Positions 31,204 to 40,025 of a stretch of DNA of 64,000 nt are shown here, piece after piece. This DNA is from Nitrospirota bacterium (GTDB lineage: Bacteria; Nitrospirota; UBA9217), in assembly GCA_963751455.1 (NCBI GenBank), contig CAVVUN010000001.1, forward strand, positions 656,669 to 720,668, written 5' to 3'. The notes under the pieces were generated by a model. The model worked only from the letters and a program-made list of their open reading frames with translations, did no database searches and had not been told where the DNA came from. Numbering within the stretch: the first letter of the stretch is position 1; the number at the start of each line of letters is the position of its first letter. The translations under genes were made by a program, and so were the position numbers.

Positions 31204-32601
31204 TTATTTGGTATTTCTGTCGTTTTTCTGTCTCATGCGCCTTCTCCGGCTGGCAAAACCTTCGCGGACGTCCTGGGGTGCGCGACTGATGGCGAGCGCA
31301 TCCGGGGGAACATTGCGGGTTATGGTTGCGCCCGCAGCGATGAGCGCTCCCTTCCCGATTGTTACGGGCGCAACCAGCTGTGCGTCGCTCCCGACGAACA
31401 CGCCGTCTTCGATCACGGTCGGATACTTATCGAACCCGTCGTAGTTGCACGTGATCACCCCGGCGCCGATATTAACGTCTCTGCCGATTGTAGCGTCGCC
31501 GATATACGAAAGGTGGTTCGCTTTACTGCCTTCACCGACCGTCGATTTCTTTACTTCCACGAAATTGCCGATCCTCGCCCGTTCCCCGATGACGCATCCC
31601 GGCCGCAGGTGTGCAAAGGGACCGATTGAAGCACCGGCTGCAATATCGCTCTCTTCGATCACCGAACAGTCCTTCACGGTGACGCTCCGGCCGATAACGC
31701 TTTTCTCGATGCGGGAACCGGAATACACAATGCAGCCCTCGCCGAGCCTGGTCCTGCCTTCCAGACGGACATTCGGATACAGAATAGTATCTCGACCCAG
31801 CAGGACCTCGTCCCCGATAAAGGTACTGTCCGGGTCGATCATCGTCACGCCTTCGAGCATCCATTTCCTGTTAATCCGATCGCGCATGAGCGCTTCGGCC
31901 CTGCTCAGATCTTCTCTGGTGTTCACCCCAAGAACTTCATCGACAGTGTCGCATACGAGGGCCGAGACCTTTAATCTTCTTTTCCGGGCAAGGGCAATCG
32001 TGTCCGGGAGATAATATTCGCCCTGGGCGTTGTTTTTTCCGAGGCGGTCGAGAGCAGCGAGAAGAAAATTCTTTTCAAAACAGTAGATGCCCGCGTTGAT
32101 TTCCCTGATTTTTTTCTGCGTGCGGCTGGCGTCCTTTTCCTCGATGATCCGGGCAACACCGGATCTGGACCGCACAACCCTTCCGTATCCGAAAGGGTCG
32201 TCGACCTCGGCCGTAATCAAAGTTACCGCAGCCCGGGTCTTTTCGTGAAGCGAGATCGTACGTTTCAACGTGTCCACGGTAAGCAGAGGGGTATCGGCGC
32301 ACAGGATCATCACGGGACCTGAAGCCGCGGCTATCGACTCTTTCGCCTGGCGTACCGCATGGCCTGTTCCAAGCTGCTCGTGCTGAAGCACGTATTCCGG
32401 CTTGTAGTCCTCAACGGCTTTTTTCACCGTGTCAGCCTGATGACCCAGAACGAGGATTATTTTGCCCGGTTCCAACGCGGTTGCGGCGTTCAGTACATGA
32501 TGGACCAGCGGGCGGCCTGCAACAGAATGAAGCGCCTTGGCGGTTACGGACTTCATGCGGGTGCCCAGTCCCGCGGCAAGAACGACGACGGTCGGCTTCA
32601 C
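31204..32601 (-). CDS. glmU: Bifunctional UDP-GlcNAc pyrophosphorylase/acetyltransferase
   Basis: LAAGLGTRMKS, QLGTGHAV, EINAGIY, GNFVEVK, HLSYIGDA, TCNYDG. Confidence 0.97.
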   Translation of the reverse strand: MKPTVVVLAAGLGTRMKSVTAKALHSVAGRPLVHHVLNAATALEPGKIILVLGHQADTVKKAVEDYKPEYVLQHEQLGTGHAVRQAKESIAAASGPVMILCADTPLLTVDTLKRTISLHEKTRAAVTLITAEVDDPFGYGRVVRSRSGVARIIEEKDASRTQKKIREINAGIYCFEKNFLLAALDRLGKNNAQGEYYLPDTIALARKRRLKVSALVCDTVDEVLGVNTREDLSRAEALMRDRINRKWMLEGVTMIDPDSTFIGDEVLLGRDTILYPNVRLEGRTRLGEGCIVYSGSRIEKSVIGRSVTVKDCSVIEESDIAAGASIGPFAHLRPGCVIGERARIGNFVEVKKSTVGEGSKANHLSYIGDATIGRDVNIGAGVITCNYDGFDKYPTVIEDGVFVGSDAQLVAPVTIGKGALIAAGATITRNVPPDALAISRAPQDVREGFASRRRRMRQKNDRNTK

Positions 32602-33287
32602 TGCAGCACACCCCCCGGAACGACATGTCCTGGTGCGGCTTGCTTGGCGCGATTGAAGGTGTCCGGGTCGGTAATAGGAACAAGGCCCAGGGAGATAATA
32701 AATTTCATGCCCTGCTCCACGGTCATATCGAGCTGAATTATCTCGGATTCAGGCAGAATGAGGAGGAACCCGGCGGTCGGGTTCGGGGTGGTTGGGACGA
32801 ACACACTTACAAACTTGCCGTTCAAACCGATCGATGTGCCCTGCATTTCTCCGGTCATGAAACCCATGCTCCAGCAGCCCTTGCGCGGGTATTCGACCAG
32901 TGCCACTCCATGGAAATTATGCTTCACTGAGAAGGTCTCCATGATCTGCTTGATCGTGGTATACACGCCGCGAACCAGCGGGACCTTCTGCATCAGGTTA
33001 TCGCTGTACCGGACAAGGCGGGTTCCCATATAGTTAGCGGAAAGCATGCCGATGGTCAGCACGACGACAATCAGCGTGATTATGCCCAATCCCGGAAATT
33101 TGAGTCCGAAAAAATACGTCGGAACATCGCCTAATATGCCGTCTATAACTCCGAGAAGGGCGGAAAGCACATAATACGTCGCCCAAATAGGAATCATAAC
33201 GAGCAGCCCGGTGATAAAATATTTTTTGAAGAAGTCGTTGATTTTTTTCACGTTGATAATATTACTGATTTTGTCTCCTGGTTGCAA
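32598..33287 (-). CDS. DUF502-family membrane protein (start uncertain, possibly GTG 33251)
   Basis: FITGLLV..P...VPLVRGVYTTIKQ...VEYPRKG...VFVPTTPNPTAGFL. Confidence 0.9.
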   Translation of the reverse strand: MQPGDKISNIINVKKINDFFKKYFITGLLVMIPIWATYYVLSALLGVIDGILGDVPTYFFGLKFPGLGIITLIVVVLTIGMLSANYMGTRLVRYSDNLMQKVPLVRGVYTTIKQIMETFSVKHNFHGVALVEYPRKGCWSMGFMTGEMQGTSIGLNGKFVSVFVPTTPNPTAGFLLILPESEIIQLDMTVEQGMKFIISLGLVPITDPDTFNRAKQAAPGHVVPGGVLQ

Positions 33288-33471
33288 GCTTTTTTTCGGG
33301 AAAAATTGAATGTTTTGCGCTATTTTGCGAAAGAAACGTTTTCAAATTGTAAAAAAAGAAGGCGTCTCCAGACCATCCTCCGGGAAACTAAGCGGGGCGC
33401 CCGCAGCTGTAGCAACAAGGCATTTCTTTTGGAAGGAAATCGGAGAAACTACGAAAAGGAATGACGATAAA

Positions 33472-34002
33472 TTACCATGTATTGTAAGCCGTGCCATCGA
33501 CAGCAAGCAGGTCACTGGCGCTATGCACATCGAATACGCCGCCATCTGCGCCATCGGCCGGACTGACCGTAATCCAGTCGGCTTCACCGGTGAAAGGGTC
33601 CTTCGGCAAATCGCGCAGATAGCTGCGGGAGCGGTCTTCGCTATTTATCAGATCTGCCAGCTGCTCAGGGTACTTGCCGCTGTCCGCGTAAAACTGATCG
33701 ATCGCCTCCCGCATCTGGAACAGGTCCTCTTTCAAAACCGACTCCCTGGCCTTGACAATCGACTGTTTCAGGTTGGGCTGAGCGATCGTAATCAGGATGC
33801 CCATGATCGCCATAACTATCATGAGCTCGAGCAGGGTAAAGCCGTTTGATTTCGGATTGCAGATACTTGCACCCGATGCCTTCGAGTGCGTCGGCGCGAG
33901 AGTGGGGTGTTCGGATTGCGGATTGCTACTGCCAAACGGCGCACGCATCTTTTCCTGCCTGTTTGAGTTTTTCTCGATTATTCTCATAAGCCATCTGATC
34001 AT
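33472..34002 (-). CDS. T2SS pseudopilin (GspG-like) with repeat-extended leader
   Basis: GFTLLELMIV prepilin motif; REAIDQFYAD.GKYP..L; YLRDLPKDPFT. Confidence 0.85.
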   Translation of the reverse strand: MIRWLMRIIEKNSNRQEKMRAPFGSSNPQSEHPTLAPTHSKASGASICNPKSNGFTLLELMIVMAIMGILITIAQPNLKQSIVKARESVLKEDLFQMREAIDQFYADSGKYPEQLADLINSEDRSRSYLRDLPKDPFTGEADWITVSPADGADGGVFDVHSASDLLAVDGTAYNTW

Positions 34003-34056
34003 ATGGACTTGCCGTCTTTCATAGCTATGCTTTATGCAAAGATATTTTTACTCAAT

Positions 34057-34112
34057 CCGCCTGCACCCAGCCTGTGCCCAGCGATTACGAGTGCATTTGC
34101 GCGAGTGCAGGG
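34057..34112. repeat. CCGCCTGCACCC...GCGCGAGTGCAGGG palindromic repeat
   Basis: Matches the reverse complement of 29090-29134; degenerate copies near 33868-33907 and 34384-34400. Confidence 0.6.
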
Positions 34113-34237
34113 TACGTTTATGAGACCCTTGATTCCCGTCTCTGCGGTCATTGATTCCCGTCGCACGTATCTCAGCGCGATGGCCGATAAAGAGTCTAAG
34201 CCTTACTCAGCGAGATGGTACGACAATGAGTCTAAGT

Positions 34238-34369
34238 AGAGTTTGTATTTTAACTTCCATTTCATCATGTACCGTCATTCCAGCGAAAGCTGGAATCCAG
34301 TCTTTTCATAACCTTCTGGATGCCGGATCAAGTCCGGCATGACAAAGAAGACATTTAAAAACAGACTCT
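34238..34369. mobile_element. 132-bp MITE-like element carrying a REP-like core
   Basis: Imperfect TIR AGAGTTTGTATTTTAA / TTTAAAAACAGACTCT, flanked by AAGT direct repeats; internal GTCATTCCAGCGAAAGCTGGAATCCAG...CTGGATGCCGGATCAAGTCCGGCATGAC. Confidence 0.65.
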
Positions 34370-34419
34370 AAGTATTGCGGCATCGCGAGTGCAGGGTGAA
34401 ATTCGAAATGTTTTTATCC

Positions 34420-34998
34420 CTACCACGTCTTGTACGCCGAGCCGTCGATGGAGGTGGCGTCGCTTTTGGAGTATACGTCGAACACGTTATCGCCGCCCCA
34501 CTCCGTTGAATTAGGCTCGTCCTTATAGGAGCGAAGTCCCCAGTTATTCGGATCTTCAGCGGACGAGAGCGGCACCATGGGATCGCGCGGTATACGCCTC
34601 AGATACTTCTTCGTCTTGTCGACGGCCCCGGCCATTTTGAGCGGCTCCGTGAGCAATTCGAGCGATTCCGGGTAATAGTCGAGGTCCGCCTTGCAGTAAT
34701 CCGATGAGAGCTTTTCCGTCCCGGCACCGGGAGTACAATCCTTGCGGAATGCGTCGATCGCTCCGCGAAGAACACGAAGAGCGCTCCTCAGTTCCATCTC
34801 TTTCACTCGCTTCACGGTAATGCGCGATAGGGGCATGGCAGCGCTTGCAAGTATGCCCACGATCGCAATAACAACGAGAAGTTCTATCAGGGTAATCCCC
34901 TTTTCGGCCTTCATTGGAAATTGGAAATTGAAAATATCAAATTTTAAAAGTTTATTGTTCATTGTTTCATAATTCAATTTCCACTCTTCAATCTTCAA
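34420..34998 (-). CDS. T2SS pseudopilin (GspG-like); start may be 34914
   Basis: GITLIELLVV prepilin motif; KEMELRSALR..RGAID; YLRRIPRDPM; DVYSKS. Confidence 0.85.
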   Translation of the reverse strand: MKIEEWKLNYETMNNKLLKFDIFNFQFPMKAEKGITLIELLVVIAIVGILASAAMPLSRITVKRVKEMELRSALRVLRGAIDAFRKDCTPGAGTEKLSSDYCKADLDYYPESLELLTEPLKMAGAVDKTKKYLRRIPRDPMVPLSSAEDPNNWGLRSYKDEPNSTEWGGDNVFDVYSKSDATSIDGSAYKTW

Positions 34999-35028
34999 TT
35001 TTCAATTCGGCATTCTCAAGTGCGTTCC

Positions 35029-37374
35029 TTACTTCACGACAACCTTCGCGCCACGAAGCTCGGCCTTGATCTGCTCGCGGTTGAAGCTTGTCAACTTTGC
35101 GTTCTTCAGGGCAACATCGGTTGAACCGCCCGACTTGCCCTGGAATACCGCGCTGCACAGGTTTCCGTCGCCGGCAATGCCGCCCACGTCGCCGATACGG
35201 GTAAGATAAATGTCAACGGTTCCTGCTTTGATGTTGTTCGAGAACAGGAATGAGGTTTGTTGGCCGTCCTTATTCAGAAGAGTCCCTTCGCTTGCCGCCT
35301 TGAATTCAACTACTTTCGGATCGTAGCTGAGTGTCAGGATCCCGCCGTACAGGTTTCTAACAGCCGACGCGGAAAGATCGAACCTGATTTCCTGTCCGAC
35401 TGCCGCGGATATTTCCAGCGGCTTGATCTCCACGACTGTTCCCGGAACGGTTGCCTGCGGGGCCGCTTGGGGCTGCCCGGGCGCCGGTTTCTGCTCAGCC
35501 GGCATGGGTGGCGCAGCTCCCGGCCCTGCTTTTGCCATATTTTCGAGCACGGTCGACTTATCAAGAGGTTTAGTCGCCGGTTTGGAACTCCTGCTTGTCG
35601 TCGTTACAAACAGCGGTTTTGTAGCATAGGTATCTTCGGTCCCCGACCAGAAGTCTTGTACGTCCTTGGCGGGAATTTCCATGTTGCGGACGATATTGGG
35701 CGTAATCGACATCAGGATATCTGTCTTGATGGTATCATCACTCGACGAGGAAAAAAGCTTGCCGAGAATCGGGATATCGCCGAGGACAGGGATTTTCATG
35801 CGTCCTTTTCGTTCTTCGTCCTTGATCAGCCCGCCGATAATGACCGTCTCGCCGTCGCGAAGATTTATTATCGTGTCCGTATTCCGGGTCCCGAATTTGT
35901 ACTGCCGCTGACCGTTTCCGAAATCCAGCGCATCACCGAGGGTGCTGATTTCCAATCCCATTTTTAGCGTTACCGTATTATTGAGGTGTACGGTTGGTTC
36001 GATATTGAGCTTGATACCTACGTCCTTATACTCGAACGTCGACGTCACTGCCACGGCTGTCGTTGACTGGACGGTCGAGGTCTGGATCGGGATGCGGTCA
36101 CCGATATGAAACTTGGCCTGTTTGTTGTTCAGAACTCGTACCCGCGGATTAGCCAGCGTCTGCGCGTCCGAGTCCTGTTTGATAAGGTTCAGGATAATGC
36201 CGGGGAGCGTCAGAAAAATATTTTCCGACGAGAGGTCCCGTACGTCTGCAAGCGTGAGGCTGGAAACCCCCGAAGTGCTCGTCCCGCTCTTGCCTACCGA
36301 GGCGCTCGCTGAAAGCCCTGGATTGAAGTTCCACCCGTACTTCAAGGTATTGCTCCTCGATATTTCGAGAATTTCCACGTCGAGGATGACTTCTGCCTCT
36401 TTCAGGTCGTTCGCGTTGATTATTTTTTCGATCAGCTTGATTTTCTCGGGAGTGTCCCTCACTGTGATGCAGTTCAGGACATCGTTAACATAGACCTTCT
36501 TGATATCGAGCATGGATCGAACCAGGTTCACGGCTTCCTTCGCCTTTGCATTGTTCAAATAGAAAGTTCTAACCACAAGGTCCTCGTACTGGTTCATCTT
36601 GGCCTTGTTCTTCGGGATAATAATGATTGTGTCCGTGTTCACTTTTTTCATAAAAAGTTTATTGGTCGAAAGCAGCAGGTTCAGGGCGTACTGAAACGAC
36701 ACATCCTTCACAAAAACCGTCACCGGCTGCGCTTTGACTTCTTCGTCAAACATGATATTGATGCCGGAAAGTTTCGAGAGCAGCTCGAAAACCTCCTTGA
36801 TGTTGGTATTTTTAAAGTTCAGGGTAATCGGCTTGTCCGATACCAGCGTGAGCGCATCGTCCGGTTCCACCTCGGCCTTCATTTTCTGGAGTTTGTCGAG
36901 GGCATCGTGGTATTTCGCGTTTTCCGCGTCGAGTTCGACCGCCTGATTCAGTTCCGAAATGGCGTCCGATAGTCTGCCGAGTTCCATGAACGTCAGGGAC
37001 GTTCGGTAGTGTTCCTCTGCCTGCTTTATGTTGAGCACCGATTTCAGCGCGCTCTGAATGGCGGCGTTTGAAGGGTTGAGGAACAGGGCCTGCTGCAGTT
37101 CCACAATCGCCTGGTCGAGCTTGCGCTCCTTCAGAAAGGCCCGGGCTTTTTTATAGTGCTGGTTGGCAGCGGTTTCCTCGGCACGGAGGAGTGCCGATCG
37201 GTACTCGATGTCCTGCGGCTCCTTTTTATTCGCCTCGCGATATTCCTTGACCGCGAGGTCCCATTCGTTTTGCCGGGAGTAATTTTCGCCGCGCTGGAAT
37301 GCACGGGAACCTGCGCACCCGCCGACCGATAAGGCAACCACAAGCGCCATGATCGGAACCGCAATCTTCTTCAT
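35029..37374 (-). CDS. gspD: Secretin (GspD-like) with lipoprotein signal, TPRs and C-terminal cohesin-like domain
   Basis: LSVGGC lipobox; LANPRVRV, YKDVGIKL, GETVIIGGLI, IPVLGDIPILGKLF; LSYDPKVVEF cohesin-like tail. Confidence 0.88.
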   Translation of the reverse strand: MKKIAVPIMALVVALSVGGCAGSRAFQRGENYSRQNEWDLAVKEYREANKKEPQDIEYRSALLRAEETAANQHYKKARAFLKERKLDQAIVELQQALFLNPSNAAIQSALKSVLNIKQAEEHYRTSLTFMELGRLSDAISELNQAVELDAENAKYHDALDKLQKMKAEVEPDDALTLVSDKPITLNFKNTNIKEVFELLSKLSGINIMFDEEVKAQPVTVFVKDVSFQYALNLLLSTNKLFMKKVNTDTIIIIPKNKAKMNQYEDLVVRTFYLNNAKAKEAVNLVRSMLDIKKVYVNDVLNCITVRDTPEKIKLIEKIINANDLKEAEVILDVEILEISRSNTLKYGWNFNPGLSASASVGKSGTSTSGVSSLTLADVRDLSSENIFLTLPGIILNLIKQDSDAQTLANPRVRVLNNKQAKFHIGDRIPIQTSTVQSTTAVAVTSTFEYKDVGIKLNIEPTVHLNNTVTLKMGLEISTLGDALDFGNGQRQYKFGTRNTDTIINLRDGETVIIGGLIKDEERKGRMKIPVLGDIPILGKLFSSSSDDTIKTDILMSITPNIVRNMEIPAKDVQDFWSGTEDTYATKPLFVTTTSRSSKPATKPLDKSTVLENMAKAGPGAAPPMPAEQKPAPGQPQAAPQATVPGTVVEIKPLEISAAVGQEIRFDLSASAVRNLYGGILTLSYDPKVVEFKAASEGTLLNKDGQQTSFLFSNNIKAGTVDIYLTRIGDVGGIAGDGNLCSAVFQGKSGGSTDVALKNAKLTSFNREQIKAELRGAKVVVK

Positions 37375-37412
37375 CGTCCTCCTCCTGACCGTTCTTGTGC
37401 CATTCCCATCTC

Positions 37413-38021
37413 CTATTTCGCCGCTCCGGAAAGTTCAACACGCAATTCGACGCGGGTAGCTGTGTCGAGCAGGATCACAAAATCGTTGCCCGCATCCTTA
37501 ATCGTGTAACTCTTGACGACCGTGTCTCCCCGCTTGTTTATGAACAGCTCTCCGTCCTTGGACAAAAAGAGTGAACTTTCCTTGTCCGTCACGTAACCCA
37601 GGAATCGGAACTTCGCGAGTTCGGCCCGTGCCGCTTCGGCCGCAGCCCGTGCTGCTTCAGCCGCGATCTCCTCGGGCGTCTTGACCGGGGGCGGCGGGGG
37701 CTCAGTGGGGGTAGGAGCGGTCACGGGTACCGGTACAGCTTTGGGCTTCGGCGGCGCAGGGTTCTCCATTCTGAAAATATCACGACTAACACCGGCGTAT
37801 TTTTCCTGCCGGCGGCTGAGGAACATTTGAAGCGGGTCTGTAACGTCCGCCGGAGCTGCTATTCCTGTTCGGAGCGATGAAGTGGCAACCGCTCCCCGGG
37901 TGTATGTGAGAGGGGCAGTGGCCGGCTTATCTGCTGAGATGAAGCGGTATGTTATCAGCGCCGCCAGAACGGCAAACAGTGCAATCAGCGCTTTCTTCTG
38001 TTGTTCAGGGCTCGCTATCAT
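37413..38021 (-). CDS. Hypothetical secretion-system accessory protein (Pro-rich, PilP/GspC position)
   Basis: N-terminal TM, RDIF motif, Pro-rich linker, FRFLGY beta-domain; between pilO-like gene and secretin. Confidence 0.65.
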   Translation of the reverse strand: MIASPEQQKKALIALFAVLAALITYRFISADKPATAPLTYTRGAVATSSLRTGIAAPADVTDPLQMFLSRRQEKYAGVSRDIFRMENPAPPKPKAVPVPVTAPTPTEPPPPPVKTPEEIAAEAARAAAEAARAELAKFRFLGYVTDKESSLFLSKDGELFINKRGDTVVKSYTIKDAGNDFVILLDTATRVELRVELSGAAK

Positions 38022-38593
38022 TGTTCACTACGCCCCTTCACATAGGTCACCAGTTTAATAAGGAGCTTTACCGTGCCCTTGTCTGAATCCATCTTGACGT
38101 CTTGAATCCCGATTGGTCGGTCAGAAGTTTCCACTTCGAAGATAAAGCGCTTCACGTCCGCATACCTGCCTTCGACCGGAAACGAAAAGGTCAGTACCGC
38201 GACCTCTTCTCCGCCGAGATTTGGGATATCGTAATCAATCCCGGAAACAGCGAGATTCAGTCCGCGCGCTTTCTGAACAAGCTCTTTCACAATCAGCGGC
38301 ATATCTTTTTGTGTCGGCATCCCTGACTTGATGCCCATAAGCTGCTGTCTTTGCTTTTGGAAGAGCACCGCTTCGGTGCGCCTTTTTTTAAGCTCGGCGT
38401 ACTGGGTTTCGCTGATTTTCAGCCTCTCGGTTGCCGGAACGATGAACGTAGAATACAGGAGCAGGTCCAGGAAAAGAAGCGCCGCGCAAATGAAAAAAAC
38501 ATTGCGCAGCCCGCTATTTTCCTTGAGCCACGCCGGCACTTTTATTTTCGGAATAGTGTGCGACAACATTAAAGGATATACTCCCCTTGTCAA
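38018..38593 (-). CDS. pilO: PilO/GspM-like protein
   Basis: TM + coiled coil + FPVEGRYADVKRFIFEVE. Confidence 0.75.
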   Translation of the reverse strand: MTRGVYPLMLSHTIPKIKVPAWLKENSGLRNVFFICAALLFLDLLLYSTFIVPATERLKISETQYAELKKRRTEAVLFQKQRQQLMGIKSGMPTQKDMPLIVKELVQKARGLNLAVSGIDYDIPNLGGEEVAVLTFSFPVEGRYADVKRFIFEVETSDRPIGIQDVKMDSDKGTVKLLIKLVTYVKGRSEQ

Positions 38594-39056
38594 TCGACTG
38601 GTGTTTGAGATAGGGATCTTTGAACCGGGCGGACTTTTCCAGTCCTACTATCAGGTTCCTGAGCGATTCAGGCGAGTGCGCCAACCCGTCAAGCGTCAGG
38701 ACACGGTCCCGGGGGTTTAAATCGATATGATCGACCGCCACGCCGACGGGGAAACTATTTTCAATGTCGGTCAAAAGCCTTGTCCAGGAAAACCTGCGCG
38801 TTTCCATGAGGCCCGACATGGAGATGAGGTCCTGCATGACCCGGTCGCGTTCGGCCAGGAGAGGACTCAGGGCCTCCTCGGCGGCTTTAAGTTCTTTGAC
38901 TTTCCGGTCCAGCAACGCGCTTTCCGTGCGCAGCCCGGCGCCGACCCGGATGATCAGCACAGACGCAATAGCCAGCAGAACCGCGCCTATAGTCAGTCCA
39001 TTCTGAATCCGGGTGATAAGACGGTAACTCTTGCTGGAGAAATTGATCGATATCAT
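38514..39056 (-). CDS. pilN: PilN-domain protein
   Basis: MISINF, TM, RFSWTRLL.DIE..FP..V, LTLDGLA, LEKSARF. Confidence 0.8.
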   Translation of the reverse strand: MISINFSSKSYRLITRIQNGLTIGAVLLAIASVLIIRVGAGLRTESALLDRKVKELKAAEEALSPLLAERDRVMQDLISMSGLMETRRFSWTRLLTDIENSFPVGVAVDHIDLNPRDRVLTLDGLAHSPESLRNLIVGLEKSARFKDPYLKHQSIDKGSISFNVVAHYSENKSAGVAQGK

Positions 39057-39994
39057 AGGGCGCCTCCAGCCCCGAAGGCAGCCGCCATTTCCGGTCCGGT
39101 TTCCGCAGCAGAGGGAAAAACCCGGGCCGGAACGAGTACTTCGGCGTTGAGCGTTGAAACCGCCCCCAACTCTTCGACAAGATGGTCACGCAGAGGCGAT
39201 TCGCCTGAAATGTAAAGATGCGGCGCTTCGGCTTGCTGGCCACGGTCAAGATGCGTATAAAAATGAAGCGAATCTTCGATTTCCCGCATCATTCGCGACC
39301 GGATATCGATCGAATTCCCCCGTTTTATCTCCTTAAAGCGGTAAAATCGTACGCTGCCATTCTCCGCGATGATTGTTGTGAGCGAATCCTCGGTCACATG
39401 CATCAAAGCCGCTAATTTTGATTTCTTGATTATGTAGGGGGCATAGAAATTCAGGGTATGAAAGGACGAGAGTCCCACGCTCCAGGGTTCCAGGCCCAGT
39501 CCCTTGAGCAGGGTTTCGTATTGCGATAGTACACTCTGCTTTGCAGCGCAAACCAGGACCGTAAAACCGTTACTCTGGCGCAGAACCTGGTGCCGAACCA
39601 CGCTGTCGGCAATGTCGAATGCAGCTGTCTTTTCCAGACGCCACCGGATGAGTTGCTCGCGCTCCCGCCCGCTTCTGGGAAGTTGATCGAACTCAAGCGT
39701 TTGTACACGAAAAATGCCGTCAGACAGGCTCAGTCCGGCCCGACAGGCGTTTTTTGCGGACAGACTGTCCATGCAATCGTGGAGAACACGGTTCAGCCCT
39801 TCAGGATCCTGGATATTGGGTGATCCGTAATTTTCAGAAACCATGTTCTCCGGCAGGTCGACCTTTTTAACGGAAAGAACACCGGGACGCAGGCCGTTGC
39901 CTGACAGAGCAACCATTCTCACCGCGGCAGAGGTTATTTCTAAACCCAAAACCGGTCTTCTGGTAAAAAGCAATGAAATCGGCAACATTGCCAT
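39053..39994 (-). CDS. pilM: PilM-like actin-fold assembly protein
   Basis: VLGLEITSAAVRMV...IRWRLEK...; first gene of the cluster. Confidence 0.75.
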   Translation of the reverse strand: MAMLPISLLFTRRPVLGLEITSAAVRMVALSGNGLRPGVLSVKKVDLPENMVSENYGSPNIQDPEGLNRVLHDCMDSLSAKNACRAGLSLSDGIFRVQTLEFDQLPRSGREREQLIRWRLEKTAAFDIADSVVRHQVLRQSNGFTVLVCAAKQSVLSQYETLLKGLGLEPWSVGLSSFHTLNFYAPYIIKKSKLAALMHVTEDSLTTIIAENGSVRFYRFKEIKRGNSIDIRSRMMREIEDSLHFYTHLDRGQQAEAPHLYISGESPLRDHLVEELGAVSTLNAEVLVPARVFPSAAETGPEMAAAFGAGGAL

Positions 39995-39996
39995 TT

Positions 39997-40025
39997 ATAA
40001 TATCAAGGTATGAGGGGGAAGTCAA
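39997..40025 (-). promoter_or_regulatory. Sigma70-like promoter of the secretion operon, possibly leaderless at ATG 39988
   Basis: TTGACT-17 nt-TATTAT on the minus strand immediately before pilM. Confidence 0.5.

Noticed and set aside
22865-32736. Long plus-strand ORFs (e.g. 26438-27625, 29701-30687, 22882-23499)
   Set aside because: Antisense shadows of GC-rich housekeeping genes with no recognisable motifs.
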